Shown: one piece after another, positions 12,257-25,208 of the stretch
Layout of the letters: every line of letters starts with the position of its first letter
Numbering within the stretch: the first letter of the stretch is position 1
NCBI GenBank assembly: GCA_003971905.1
Contig: RSEE01000086.1
Span: 1 to 64,000 of the forward strand
DNA from: Moniliella sp. 'wahieum'
Taxonomy: Eukaryota
Reading direction: 5' to 3'
DNA length: 64,000 nucleotides
The notes under the pieces: generated by a model
The model's input: only the letters and a program-made list of their open reading frames with translations
What the model was told of the DNA's origin: nothing
The model's database searches: none
Position numbers and translations under genes: made by a program

Positions 12257-12715
12257 AGGAATGGCTAGCACACGGAGATGCGAGGTGGTGGTGGGGAGGA
12301 GGGGGATGGTGGTGGGAAAGAGACGAGGGATGGCCGTCGGGTGCTGCTTGAATGTGAATGCATGCGGCAGGGGCCCAGTGTGGGGGAGTGGGGCATGGGT
12401 GAGGGTGAGGGTGCTGCCGGGCGCCGCAATCCCGCGGCCGGCACAAACAACAAACAAGCGAGCACTTGAACAGAAACACACTTTAATTGGCTGTCGGCCA
12501 GTACGTCACGCGTCCGCGTCAGTACTCGGTAGCGCGCAGCGCGTAATGCGTAACGCCGCCGCAGCAGGTGGGGCACCCGGGCAGTGTGCCACGCGTATCG
12601 CCGCCCTGGGGCGCTCCCAGCCCGTGCAGCCCGCAGCCAGCGCCGCCTAGTTGCGCCCGGGCGGAAGTGCTATCTGTATCATCTCTATCTCTATCTGGAT
12701 TCTGTACTTTACGCC

Positions 12716-15211
12716 ATGCGTACCTATTTTATGACACGTCCTGCCTACGCTAGAGGTGTACGTCCAGACCCAGGGGTGGTTTGTGGGTTCCATGCACTCC
12801 CCCACAAACCCACAAACCAGCCTCGGATTAGCTAAGCAGGTGGCCAATATGTAGCCGCCAAAGTACCCACCGCGCCGATGGCAGCTGATCCGTCGCGTCG
12901 CATAGCGCTTGTCGATGCGGTGGCCGACTGAAGGGCAGTACGACTGGCGCTCCAACCGCCCTGGTCCTTGCACCTGCGGCCCCCGCCGCGCCGCTCAGCC
13001 AGGCGCGAGCGCGCGAGCGCGGGCGAGGAGTGTGGGAAACCAAGGCCAGTGGTACGATGCCATTGTGTTCTGCATGTGCTGTTGCAGGGCCACGGCCGTG
13101 CGCTGACGGGGGAGCCTGTTGGGTTTGGCTTTGCGCTGTTCGGGCGGGTGGTGCTGTGGTCGTACGAGGACAGCGACGTGGAGCAACAACAAGAAGACTA
13201 CGAAGAAGACGCGGAGCAAGGAGCGGAGGAGGAGGCGGAGGAGGAAGGACCGCGCCTTGGTGGTCAAACGCACCGATGGCCATCGTCGGTGCGTCCTGCC
13301 CCCGATGCTCACTCGTTGTTCTGGCCCAACGAAAGGGACATGAAAGAGAAGGAGAAGGCGAAGGGACCGCGATGCGCTCCGGCTGGTGGAGGAGAGCCTT
13401 CTGCTTCCAATGGGCTACGATCACCTGGGCTGTCTACGACGCGCCCAGCGCGCGCACCGGGCCGCCACAAGAGCGATACCGCATTTACATTCGAGCTGGA
13501 CCGGGTGGACCAGAGCTCGGTCGTACTGGCGTGCAATGCCGACGTGGGCGTGCACGCAGCCAGCCTGGACTGTACCTCGGGTGAGCTGCTGTGGAGCGAT
13601 GCAGTGGTGACAACTCGATGCGACGCAACTCTGCCTCAGCCGCGACTTCCTCTACTGCTTTTCCAACCTGTTCCCGCCTCCCACTGCACTGCACGGTACG
13701 TACCCCCTCTTTTGCCTCCCTTCCTTTGCTTGATCGTTGATCGCCCGCTGGGACGTGGCGTTGGGCCGGAAAAGGTGCTAACCTTTTCCTCGGTCGGAAC
13801 TTGGATGTGTGCTGCGCGCCGACGCAGAAGGAATTTCGGTAGGAAACATGGAGACGTTCGGCACTATCATGCGCTACCGTCGTGCTGACCCCGATCCCGA
13901 TCCCAATCCCAATCCCAATCCCAATCTCAATCCCTATCTCGAACCGACCGAAGGAGGATCAAGCTGCACCCACGCGGGGATTCCGGTGGTTCTGTTCGGG
14001 TGGGGGTGGCCGGAGACTGGGGTATGGATGTGGGATACGGAGCTGGAGACCGACACGCCGCTGCGGAACGTGTGGAAGTTTACCTCGGTGCGCAGCACGC
14101 TTTGGGCTTGGTGGTGAGGACGAGTTGCATGGGGTGTACGTTTGGCGAGGCAAGTGCAGGCGGTGCGACGACGCCAAGTTGTACTTGGGCCTTGCCCCCG
14201 ACCCTGGCACGCCCACCTGCTGACCACCACTGCCGGGACCATGACCTTGGCCATGACTATGAGCATGACCATGCCGACGACTACGACCAGGAGCAAATAA
14301 TTAACGACGTGGTGGTGTGCTCGGCGAGGATAAGCCTGTGGTGGACTTTGATGGGACGTGGGTGTGGTACGCAAAGTGACATGTTACGTGCATAGGGCGC
14401 ACCGTCTCGCCGCTCTAGGACCCACAATCTTGCTTCTCCCCCTCGCCTCCCCTTCGCCTCCGCATGCCCTTCTCCCGCTTCGCCTCCTTCTTCGCCTCCT
14501 TTCAAATTTCACGCCGCTTTTCAGTCCGCGCCCGACCTCCCCTTCCAGCCCAGTGGCGATGCCGATGCCAAGCCAATGCCGGCGCCAATCGGACCCACGT
14601 CTACGGGATCTAACCAACTCCGTGGGACCGCGGCCAAGGTCGATTTGGTCCGTCCCCTTGCGTCCTCCGCTTCTGCATCCGCGTCGCTCGCCCCAACCCC
14701 AGCAGCGAGGGAGAGGCAGAGGCAGAGGATGGAATTGTCGAGAGGACTGGCTGGGACGGAGGACGGGTACCTTGTGCCCGAGGCAGTGGGCACGGTACCC
14801 ATCTGGGACGGCAGGCCACGTACGATTTTCGTGCCCGTTTGATCCTCCTGATCCGGTACGTACATTGAGCTGTCTATGGTTGGGGTTATTGCTGTCACTC
14901 TTATTCCCCTCGTGCTAGGGCTTTCCCTCTTACTCCTGCTCTGCTCTTCTCGTCTATGGGCCGAGGGGACGCCACAGCGACAGCATACGTACTGGCCATT
15001 CTGATCTGTGGTATGTACTTGGGGACGGTGCAATGCGCAGTGGACCGGCTACACGGGCCACCTGGACAGTTTCCTAATCGACAACCAGGCCAACATGTTC
15101 CTCCTCAACCAAGGCCACACGCTCCTGTTCATCCGGCACTACCGGCACCTATCCCTTCCCCCTACTCTCCCTCCACTGCGCACACACGTACGCCGCCCAT
15201 GCGTTATATGA
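12716..15211 (+). CDS. Hypothetical multi-exon protein, Trp-rich beta-strand-like segments
   Basis: Protein-like stretches (GFGFALFGRVVLWSY, FTFELDRVDQSSVVLAC, GIPVVLFGWGWPETGVWMWD, HLDSFLIDNQANMFLL) separated by gtacgt...ctaac...cag introns (e.g. ~13695-13827). No family recognised. Confidence 0.4.
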
Positions 15212-15889
15212 CGAGAATGGAGTGTGGGGGAAAGGATCCCCCCCCATCAACCAGAGGGTACAGGCTAGATCAAAAGGGAAACGGATACAAGAGGGGGTGT
15301 AGAAAGGAAGACACGTCAAAAGAGGGGTTGATGGCCGCAGGCGCGACGGGAAAGGAAAAGGAAACGGGGACAGAGGCGACAGTCGTAGCAAGGATACCGG
15401 AAGTTCGGTGGCCTCATTTAAGCCAGCCGACTTGGACTTGGGCGGGGGGCGACTATTGCCGCGCTGTTGCATGGCCCTTCTGGCCACGGTACCCAATTTA
15501 ACCAACCAGCATCACACTTGGTTAGACTGCGGAGCGCGCTCTGCTGTAGGCATGTGCGGAGCAGGGGGGGCTTAGCGTGGGTCGGACCAACGGATCCACC
15601 GCAGCCCGTAAAAAGGGAGGGCAGGTTATTGCCGCAAGGATATGTTCCGGAGTGGTGGCCACTCTGGTTCGACCGACCAGGCACGATTGAACTTGGTGTG
15701 GTTTGTGAGCGAACTCTATTGAGCTTCCATGTGTAGAACAGACGGGCCTCAGCATGAACCACGTCAGATCAGATCAGATCAGATGCGCCCTGTGACACAT
15801 GGAGGGCGAACGTCGGAACGGAGAGAATGTGAGGAAGGCGAGCTGCGCGAGCTGTGTGGCAGCCGAACAGGAACGGCAGAAGACGGATA

Positions 15890-18800
15890 TCATGGAGGGA
15901 AAAACTTGGAAGTAGATAGTGGGAAAGTAGCTAAAGGATTTAGGCTGTAATACACGAACGGTTCCAAAACCACAGATGCGTCGCATTGCTCACCGCGCTC
16001 ACCCAACTCCGAAATACTGTTAAGAGCACAGAGCCAATTCATAAACTTTCTGCTCATCGTACCCCGGATTGGTTGCGGACCGGACGCCGCTCGCTGATCA
16101 GCACGGGAGGAAGCGGGGGGTCGGTCAAGTCGTCTCTCAGCTCTCCGCCGCCGCAATCACCCGCACCGCTTGCCCTGAGACGAGGGAAAAGTTGGGCCCT
16201 CTGATGACCTGCTCCAATTTCCATAGACACTGCGGATCTCAATGAGCGGACTGATCCCGATCAGGTGCTCGCCCTGCTGCACCACGCTCACCGGCTTACA
16301 TTCCCACCGGAATGTTTTTTGCAGACTGTCGGGCGTGACGACAAAGGCATCATCGGCCGTGGATTCCACGTAAAGGCCATAGTCGCGATAAGCGAGGAGG
16401 ATCTTGTTTTCCCCCGGCTTGGACCCGGGGTAGGATGGCACGGAAAACATCCCGAGTACCTTACTTTGTTCCAACTTTGTGCGCTTCCCTCATGTCGGGC
16501 GTTCCCTGGTCTTGGTTTCATGGGGGTTAACCCAGCCCCGGGCTTCAGCCCATTCAGACGAGAGGCGAAAGTGGGAAAAGCGATGGACCGCTTAGTCTGT
16601 CCCTTCACATTAATCATATCCACTCCAGCGTCATGACGACGGTCAAGTCAGTGTCGTCCACGAGGAGATGCGGAAAGAGCTGGTGCGTTTGGCGGTCACG
16701 CGATATTTTCCCTCTTCACGAAACATCGCGTCACAACAGAAAATCTTATGATCTGTGCCGAACGACGGTGGGTGCGCACGAGCCCATTTACCTTCTCCAT
16801 CCGCAGGCCCCTTCACGGATGCGAGTCGCAGTTGACGGAAGCTCATCAATGTTCCTTTCGCTGCCAAACCAGGGTTGGCGTAAGAAACACCATGCCAACA
16901 GTCATCTGCGCCACCTCTTTGTTTCTCCAGTTTATCTGCACTGCCTCAACCCTCTCTTCGAATGGAGACACACTTGAGGGTATAAGGGAGCCAATGGCAT
17001 GGGCGTGCAGGTTGCCGTTCGACTGGAGCAGAAGTGTACCTTGATAAGCGCCCCCTACTCGCGGAGTAAACAAGGCGATGTCTTCCACAGTTGCCACATG
17101 GAGAATTTGACTCATCTTCCGTTCGCACGTTCCCCACCCACACCCCAAGCGTGCAGCCACCGCCATGAACTCGCGATCGTCGTGGGTGCGAAACAGAATG
17201 GCCTTGACCAAATCGCCAGACAAGTGCATACCGCTAGTTGAGGTCAGGGGAGCTACGTCTGGCCTGCACAGGCAGCAATAACGGTTCCTTGGACAGGAGG
17301 TTGAGACACATTGGCCCACCCTGGCGCTGAAGGTGCCATGCCCGCGGTTCATTGGGTGAATCTTAGCTTAGTACACAGATCTTTCCGATGTTGATCTTGA
17401 GAAGTGTACAGCGTTAACAGAGGATGGCGGCATGGCCCACGGAAAAGGGATACCATTCCTTCCCCTCGTGCGTCTCGCCGGGTTACTGAATGAACCCATC
17501 TCGAGCACCTCGAGAGGGATGGCTTTGCACAGGCGTCAGTCTCTTTTTTTCAGTCATTCTGACGACAAATGTGCAGAGGGGAGGACGAAGTAGACGTACG
17601 CGTTTGTACAGTCGGGATCCCGTGGTTGTACCGTAGTTTTCAAGGTCAGGATCATCGAGTGGAAAGGATGTTTGTAGAATTCACGGTCGCCTCGCCCGGC
17701 AAGCCTGACTCATTGAAAAACGTTTTGCGAGAACCGAAAATCCTCGAGTAGAGGTATGAGTGAGTCACGACCAAACGTAGCTCCCTCGCATCATCATCGG
17801 TGAAAGATTGACGGTAGTCGACCACCACCCTTGCATCCGGTTGGTACAATCCGACACTTTGCATAGTCATGGTGTCGCCGAGGGCCGGGGTGCCCTTCCA
17901 CAGGAGAGTATGGTGCAAAAGAACGCGTTGGCCCTGTCAATTTCCAGGGGCAGCAATTCGTTGTTAATCCGCCCCATCAGCTGGTCGATGATCTGTCGAG
18001 CGCGGTCCAATTGCAACTGCCTCCCTCTGAGCTTCCTCTCCCGACAAGTAGTGGGAATCGTTACTGATTAACGACCCGAGCAACATTTTGTACCGGCCCA
18101 AGAAAGTGCTGTTGCCTTTATCGATCAGACCTTTGAGATTCCGCTTGTCTCGACCATTTTTTGATGCATCTTTGAAGAATATACCTTCTGTGAACTGTTC
18201 AAACGGAGGGTTGCGCCCACTTTCAAGGTCCAGCATTGCCTTCGCCATCGTGAACTCCCCCATATAGCGCAGGGCCGCCCTCTCCAGCAACCCATCTTTC
18301 ACATACTCCAGCACCAGATCGCCTAACCCCGACACGTAACCAAGCTGCCCCGACGCCAGCACGCGTTGTCGCAGTTTGGCCAAAAAGGGATCGGCAGCCT
18401 GCAATAGGTCATCGACCGAGGCCATGAGCGTTTTACACCACTTCGTTCGTAGTGCTGATTTCCCTGGTGGTTCGAAGCCGAACTGCTTTGCACAAGAACA
18501 AGGCTGGATGATTGAGGAAGGAACCCTTGCTCCCCGCAGGAAGGAATTCGGTGCGTAGCAGTCGGAAATCCGCCACGAGCGAGGTATGATAAGTGCAGAA
18601 CTCGAACAAATGATTTTGCCTTTTAACCTCTCTTGGATCCGTGGGCAGCGTGGACAGCGCAGACGGGGTATTTAAGACCAATTCCACCCATACCGGTATT
18701 TCGTTGCCTGGAACCTCGTTGTGCAAGAGGGCCTCCAAGGCTGCGTCCAGCCGCTCGTTTGCCGGCGGACCATCACTGTCGAACAAGGCCGCCGTATCGG

Positions 18801-19807
18801 GGGGTGTAAGGGTGGAAGGAACGCGTGTTGGCTCTCTTGCTCCTGCAGCTGCAGTTGTTCCCGAGGGGGTACTGTCGTCTCAACTGCTCGGGCGGAGGTA
18901 CTGGCAGAGGGGCGTGTTGACGGCATGGAATGGACAGTAGCGCAAACAGGCACATAGGAGTGCGGCGTGGCTATATGCAGGGGAGCATGGACGTGGGTTA
19001 GCAGCAGCAGGGGGGAAGTTTGTTGGAAAAGAGCAGAAATGTGGGATGTGGGATGAAGACCTTACCGTCGGGATTGGCCAGGACCAGGGCGCCGCTCCTC
19101 CCAGCCGGCAAGCAGGAGGGGCAGGTGGGCGTATAACATCCCTGATTTCCCGGTCTGGAGGTAGGACAGTTGTAGGCGTAACAGTGAGTCAATTTGGGGA
19201 ATACGCCGTGCGGATAAACTCGGGGTTCAAAGTTTTGCCGATGAGGATGAAGGAGGGCATAAACCAAAGGTCATTGGCGTCTTCGTGTGCCTGTGCGTCG
19301 CCATTTGGCACCCGATCGAACTGGGCTGCCTGTAGACGGTCTGCCACGTTCCGCTTGTCGGTGAACACTGACACGATCAGTTGCGTTGTGTGTAGCAGAC
19401 GCAATATCAATGGTCATTTGGCGGCCTGTTTCTTGGATGGCTGTTTCGTTCCAGGGATCGATCGAGCGGTGGCCGAACCCGGAGCGATTCGGGGCAGGTG
19501 CAACGGCGTAAAAGGAGCGGATGCGAGGAAGGATGAGTTTAAGTAGAGTGTCACCGAGCTGCTTGGGGGTGAACTTTTCTGACCTCAAACGAGAAGAGGT
19601 ATGAAAAAGGTGTTGTGCCAAGGAGGAAAGAAGGCCTGGATTGACGGGGGGAGGAGCCCGGAAGGGGGAAGGGGAATGCTCCAGATCTGGCAGTGACATC
19701 TGAGCGTGAAGCCGGTGGAGTTGCGGTGGCCGTGAAGATCTGAGACACGAGAAGGAAGAGCCAGCATTCCGCGTGCGCAGATGGGAAGGCACAGTGAAGT
19801 TGTCCAT
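15890..19807 (-). CDS. Rho guanine-nucleotide exchange factor, Rom2/Rgf/Tus1 type (DH-PH-CNH)
   Basis: VNPGLLSSLA; CYxxxC...CYTPTCP; DH: PREVKRQNHLFEF, GDLVLEY, FLGRYKMLL, RINNE; PH: AIPLEVLEM; CNH end: LLAYRDYGLYV...FRWECKP...LIEIRSV. Several frameshifts. Confidence 0.8.
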
Positions 19808-20808
19808 TCTTATGTGGCGCGCGGTGAGGATAAGGGTGTGTGGCGAGATGGGGTGGCAGTGGTGGTGGCAGTGGTGGTGGTGTGTGGTAGTGGTGGTGGC
19901 AGGGGATCTTGTGGTGATGAAGGAGGAGGGGGGAGCGACTGGTTACTAGTCGATGATATATGATGTCAGCCGCTGCGATAGATTCGCCCGGTTGGCGCAG
20001 CCAGTGGATGAAGCACTCACTGCCTTCTTAACGCCGTCGCGCGGGGCTAATTAATTGCTCTGCGCCCCTCGCTGCGCCCTTCGACCTGCGCCACCTAGGC
20101 GCCCACTGCGGTCGCAACGCAGCACCGCACCACCAGACCCGACCAGGTACTGTCCGCGTGCCTTGCGTGTGGGGGCAGCTAGCGATCAGTACTCACTCAG
20201 TGTTCAACGTGACTAGGTTGAATGGCGGCTGTCGTGCGGCTGCGTAGATAAAACCTGATTCCATAACTCTGAGACAACTCCTCTATGCATTCGAAGAGAG
20301 AGGCCCTGATGCCTTATCGCTCCAGTTTCCAATTCTCACAAGAGTGCCATCCTTGCATCTCACTCTCTTCCCTCTCCCTTTTGCGCTTGTTCCCTGTCCG
20401 ACGCCTCCTGTTTCGGCCATGAGCTGCATGAACGTTGGTTGAACCGTTGAACGTTGAACGTTGAACGTTGAACGTTGAACTTCAACACTCTTGTCATCGA
20501 TGTCATCCTCGCCTCTGTTTGATTAATTTGGACCTTGATCTCCCTCGTTTAGCTCCGACTGTTTAACGTTAGGGACCATGTAGTCGGGCCAAGCGCCTGT
20601 GGCACTCGCGAGAGAGTGATGGTGATGATGCGTGCGTTGGATGATGCAGCTCACCAATGGCCGAATCACGTGTCCATCACAATTTCGGCTAGGTATTGCA
20701 ATTTGAAATCGGAGGAGGGTATGACGACATGACGGTCCCTCGTGCCATCCGCTCTACCTGTCTCTACCACCCGGCATCTCGATCGTCTCTCCACTAGGCT
20801 CCCACCTC

Positions 20809-21671
20809 ATGCTCGTCCTTGTCAGCGACTGGGATGAGACCATCACGTCGGCCGATACGCTCGCCCTCATTGCGCCCCCGACCAAGGCCGCGCTGTTTCA
20901 ACGGCTTTCTGCGGCGTATGTGGCTGGTCTCCCTCCGGCTCCCGCCCTCACCGATGGACTGGACCCGCTCCTTGCCCACTTGGCCGCGCTGGACGAGGTA
21001 GAACTGCGGAGCCAAGCGCGGGTAGAAGCCTCCGGCCTGTTTCTTCACATGAAGCGCGACGACTGGACGAACGAGCGCAGGAAGTGACTTTCCGTCCCGG
21101 TTGGCAACAAGTCGCAGCCTGGCTGCAGCAAAATCATGTCCCCCTTCATCTCATCTCGGTGGGATGGAGTGCACGGCTAATGGCCCTGGCGCTAGCAAGC
21201 CCCTCGGGGGGATCTATTAAGCCGGAGAGCATCACTGCGAATGAGGTGGAGATGCAATGTGTTGATGGGGTGTGGGAAGGAACGGGCCGTCTGACCAAGG
21301 CGCGTGATGAGCCGCAAGGCCGAAGCGGCATCCGGGTCGAGAGACAAGCGGCGCGCTCTGGATGCCCTTCTGCCCGCCAATGCCATCTCGGTATACGCGG
21401 GTGACAGCTTGACTGACATCGAGGCTCTGTTAAGGGTGCAGGTGGGCCTGCTGCTGGGCCCAGCTGCCAAGCTAAAAACTGCATTGACCACGCTCTTTCC
21501 TGGCTCGGTCTATACGCCTATCCAATGGAAACGGCTGGATGCCCGCTATCCCAGTGTACCAAGTGGCAGTTTTGGTCCCAGCCTCTGCCTGAGAGGGCCA
21601 AGGTTTTTGTTCATACGCCCACATGGACGGAGGCCTTGCCGGTACTCAATAAACTGGCGAGCATGCAATGA
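20809..21671 (+). CDS. HAD-like hydrolase (YCR015C/UPF0655-like, TH2-type phosphatase domain)
   Basis: Motif I SDWDETITSADT; FRPGW; ISVGWS; ANE; motif IV YAGDSLTDIEALL. Broken by 1-bp indels. Confidence 0.85.
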
Positions 21672-21902
21672 AGATACTTTTGGTGACCAGCTGAAGAGGG
21701 AATATACAGAGCAAACCAGAAACTGGCTGCCATACAATGAAATACTCTTGATGACCCGCAACAGAGGAAGGTTCAGCAGACCAAAAGAGAGGAGGCCAAT
21801 CAAAACGCAGCTGCCGACATGGGGTCACAAAGCAAGAAGGCAAAGAGCGTGATATCCGTAACAAGCATGTGGGGGGGCGAGGAGAGGATGGAGAGTTAAG
21901 CC

Positions 21903-22935
21903 TCAAGCCTGGTGTGCGTTGTTGGCGATTTGGACAAAGGCATTATTGATAACACCCACCCGGTTCACGTTACCTACCGGCGTAGAGTGCGATGGCACTC
22001 GAGCTAGGCACAGGAAGGCTGGTTGGCACAGCTGAAAGGGGAAGATGGTCGTAGCCCCTCTGACAACTCTGAAACCCCGACCTGCAGGCTGCGGCGGAAG
22101 AGGCCGAAGCAACGGAAGCCAAGCTGGCGGATGCAGCAGAAGCAACGCTCTGCATGGATGCCAGGGAAGCAGCGGCAACCGAAGAAGCGGAAGCGGCCGA
22201 AGCCGAAGAAGCGGAAGCGGCCGAAGCCGAAGAGGCAGAAGCCGCCGAAGCCGAAGAGACAGAAGCGACCGAAGCCAAAGAGACAGAAGCGGCCGAAGCC
22301 GACGCGGCAGAAACGGACGCTTTGGACGCTGACACGGACGAAGCGTAGGCACGCCACGCTGAGGCGGCAGAAGCACTGGAGACAGATGCCTTGGATGCCG
22401 ACATGGAGGAGGCGTGAGCAAGCCAGGCGGACACTTCGGAAGCGTGGGATGCGGAAGCCGCAGCCGCAGCGGAGGCAGCTGCGGCCGACTGGGATGCTGC
22501 AGCAGAGGAGGAGGCCGCCTCGGCATCGCCAAAGACCCAAGTGATGGGGATCTTACCGGCACTGAGAGGAGAGAAGTAGAGAAGAGGGCTTTGGTCATGT
22601 CGAGGTCGGAGCCACCGCAGTTGCCCTGGCCAGTGGGACAGGCATCGGCGATGGTGGCAGTGTGGGACTTGCCATTTGCGTAGATTGTGATGGTCTGGCC
22701 GCAATACTGCGACTGGGAATCGAGGTTGCCGTACATGGGTTGGGCTAAGGCGACGTGAAACCATCAGGGGAGAGGGCGCCGCCGCAGGCCGCAGGTCGCC
22801 CTGCTGAATGTTGTAGAAGGTACCGGAGGTGTCATGCCGCGGCTCCCCGATGGCGGAGGCCGTGCGCATGGGGGGAGCTGTGGGCCTGGGCCAAGAGCGG
22901 GAGGACAACGGAGCCGAGCAGGACGACGAGCGCAT
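21903..22935 (-). CDS. Secreted expansin/loosenin-like (RlpA DPBB) protein with Ser/Ala-rich tail
   Basis: Signal-like LVVLLGSVVLPLLAQA; GTFY...CG...VAL...YCGQTITI...ATIADACP...DLDMTKALF...GKIPITW; long ASAASASS repeat. Confidence 0.85.
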
Positions 22936-23783
22936 GGTGGTGGTGGTGGTTGGGGGGGCACGCGGAGGGAGTGTTGCCGTGCACGGAGGCGTTGATGGTG
23001 ACCGCGGGAAAGAAGGTGGTGTGGATGGATGGCGCTTCCTTGAAGCTTCGCTTGAAGCCTGACCGTCCCGCGCGACTTGGTGAACGACGGATGGATTATA
23101 GGATGGTGGATGTGGTGATCGATGATCGAGGCGGCGATGTGCATGATCGGCGGGGCAGCGGGGCACGAGGGCAGTGTGGGGGTGCTGTCACATGCCACGC
23201 GCAGGCGAGTGCAGGCGCCAGCACGGAGGACGTGTGTTGGATGGGCGTAGTCACCGACGCGGCACGCGGCATGCGTGATGGCACGGCTCAGCAGCTGAGC
23301 GGTTAGCTGACCGGTGACCAGTGACTAGTGCGCGTGACGCGTGACTAGATCGATGATCGATGGTCGCCTGATTGCAAATTGCCAACATGATCCCCGCATC
23401 CCACCAGCCCATACAGCCCATACCACACCCCAGCGACCATCCAGCCACCCGCGTCCATGGCTCTTAGGTCTAAGCCTTAGGCTTTAGGCCTTAGGCCGCA
23501 TATAGGACAGGGCGGCATGCCGAGCGCATCGCTTGCCGCCAACTCCGCATCCCCACCCTCCTTACCTCCACTGCCGCTGCGTTCAATGTTCAACGAGACT
23601 AGGCCAACCCGATGCCCCTCAGGGCAGCGGCGGCTCGGAAGCATCGGTGTCTCTTCGGCCTCTTATTGGTCACTGCCGCTCCACTCACTCCTCCTCCCTC
23701 CTCAGTGCGTAGCTAACTTCACTGAAGCCCTGCGCCAAGGGTTATACAGTTGGCCTGCACCGTTGGTACTCGTAGCAACCATC

Positions 23784-25208
23784 TCATTCCTGGGAACCCT
23801 CAGCACGAGAAGACGGCAGCGGCCAGATTTGGGCCTCGAGGCGGTGGACGTAGGCACAACCCCAGAGGAAGAGAGGAGCTTGGTGCGGACCCAGGTGAGC
23901 GGCGGGAGGAACATGTCCACCCGCGTTTGGTACGCCACATACGCCTCCCCGTACTTGCCTCGCGCAATCGTCTCGGTAAACGGGGTGGAAGCGAGAAAGA
24001 GGAGCGTCATCCCCACTGGCGAGATCAAAGCATAAGTCCAAGTCGTGTGCAGCGAATAAGGTACCCAGAGATAGAGAATCCACCTAGGGCGGGGTCAGCG
24101 GCGTGACTCTTAGGGCAGCAGAGGCGCACGTAGAGGGGTTACGGGAGCTCGGCGGCAGGTGGGAGGGGGTGCGTACCAGTTGGCTTGCTCGCAGGCGAAA
24201 TTGGGATGCCGTGAGGAACGGAAGAGGCCTGTGGCTGGAAATCCCCTGGCCGCGTCAGCTGGGGTTAATTGCCAGTGAGTCTCGATCTGCGCGCGGCGGC
24301 GGGGTGAGGGGATGTCCCTGAGGATCCTGGTTGCGTTTGTAGTTCTGGTATAACCCACTGTTCCTTGTCAGCCCGCGCTTGCCGCGCCAAGTTGAGCAAA
24401 AGAGCAAGGCCAGCAAGGCGTCCCCTAAGCCTAGAGTAAAGAAAGATGCAGACAGGGGGTTGGGGAAAGTGGCAGTTAAGAGTAAGTAAGCCGGCAGCTG
24501 CATGCAAACAACACGTCAGCTCGCCCAAACATTCTTGATAAGAAGAAAGATGAAAGACGACGTACACCCGTTGCGCTCAAGAGGAGGATCTGGCATGGCA
24601 ATGAAGAAGAGGGAGAAGAGGTGCCACTGCCACGTGGTCATTTGTTTCTGAGCACGGGCCACCGGTAATCTTCTTCTCCTCTGTACCAAAGAAGAATTAG
24701 GAGGAGAGAAGGGGAGGGTCAGAAGGCGCCGTTGTCATAAAATGAGGACGTACGGGTTGAACATGCCCCTGCGGATTGCATTGTGGGTGAGACGTGCCGA
24801 CCAAAGAATGGTGCAAAGAAGGATCAGCGCCAGACGGGGGGGCAGGCCCGCACCTTCGAACCACGGAAACAGCACAAAGTGTGCAGTGAAGACAACTGGG
24901 TATCGAGTTAGGCGAGCTGCAGCGCAGCGCTAAAGAGCAAGGGAAAGACGGACCGGGAAGAAAGGTCCAGAGCCGGTCGACCTGACTTGCATTGCCTGAG
25001 AGTTGCTGGGCTGCGTAAACCCAGAGCATCACCGCCAGCTGGAGAAGGACAAAGCCGTTGATCGGATCAGCCATGTAAAAGGCGGACCACGCCCTGGGGC
25101 TAAGCGGATCGGTGGTGATCTGCGCCCAAAGCGCAGGGAACGCTCCCGGAGCGCAGGAAAGAAGTAGGTCCAGGGGGAGGCAAGCGAGGCGGAAGTGGCG
25201 GGCGACAT
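23784..25208 (-). CDS. DUF1295 family membrane protein (steroid 5-alpha-reductase-like)
   Basis: GNASQVDRLWTFLP, LWSARLTHNAIRRG, EEDYRW, ADKEQW, GFPATGLFRSSRHPNFACEQ, STPFTETI...KY..Y..YQ.RV; several introns. Confidence 0.9.
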
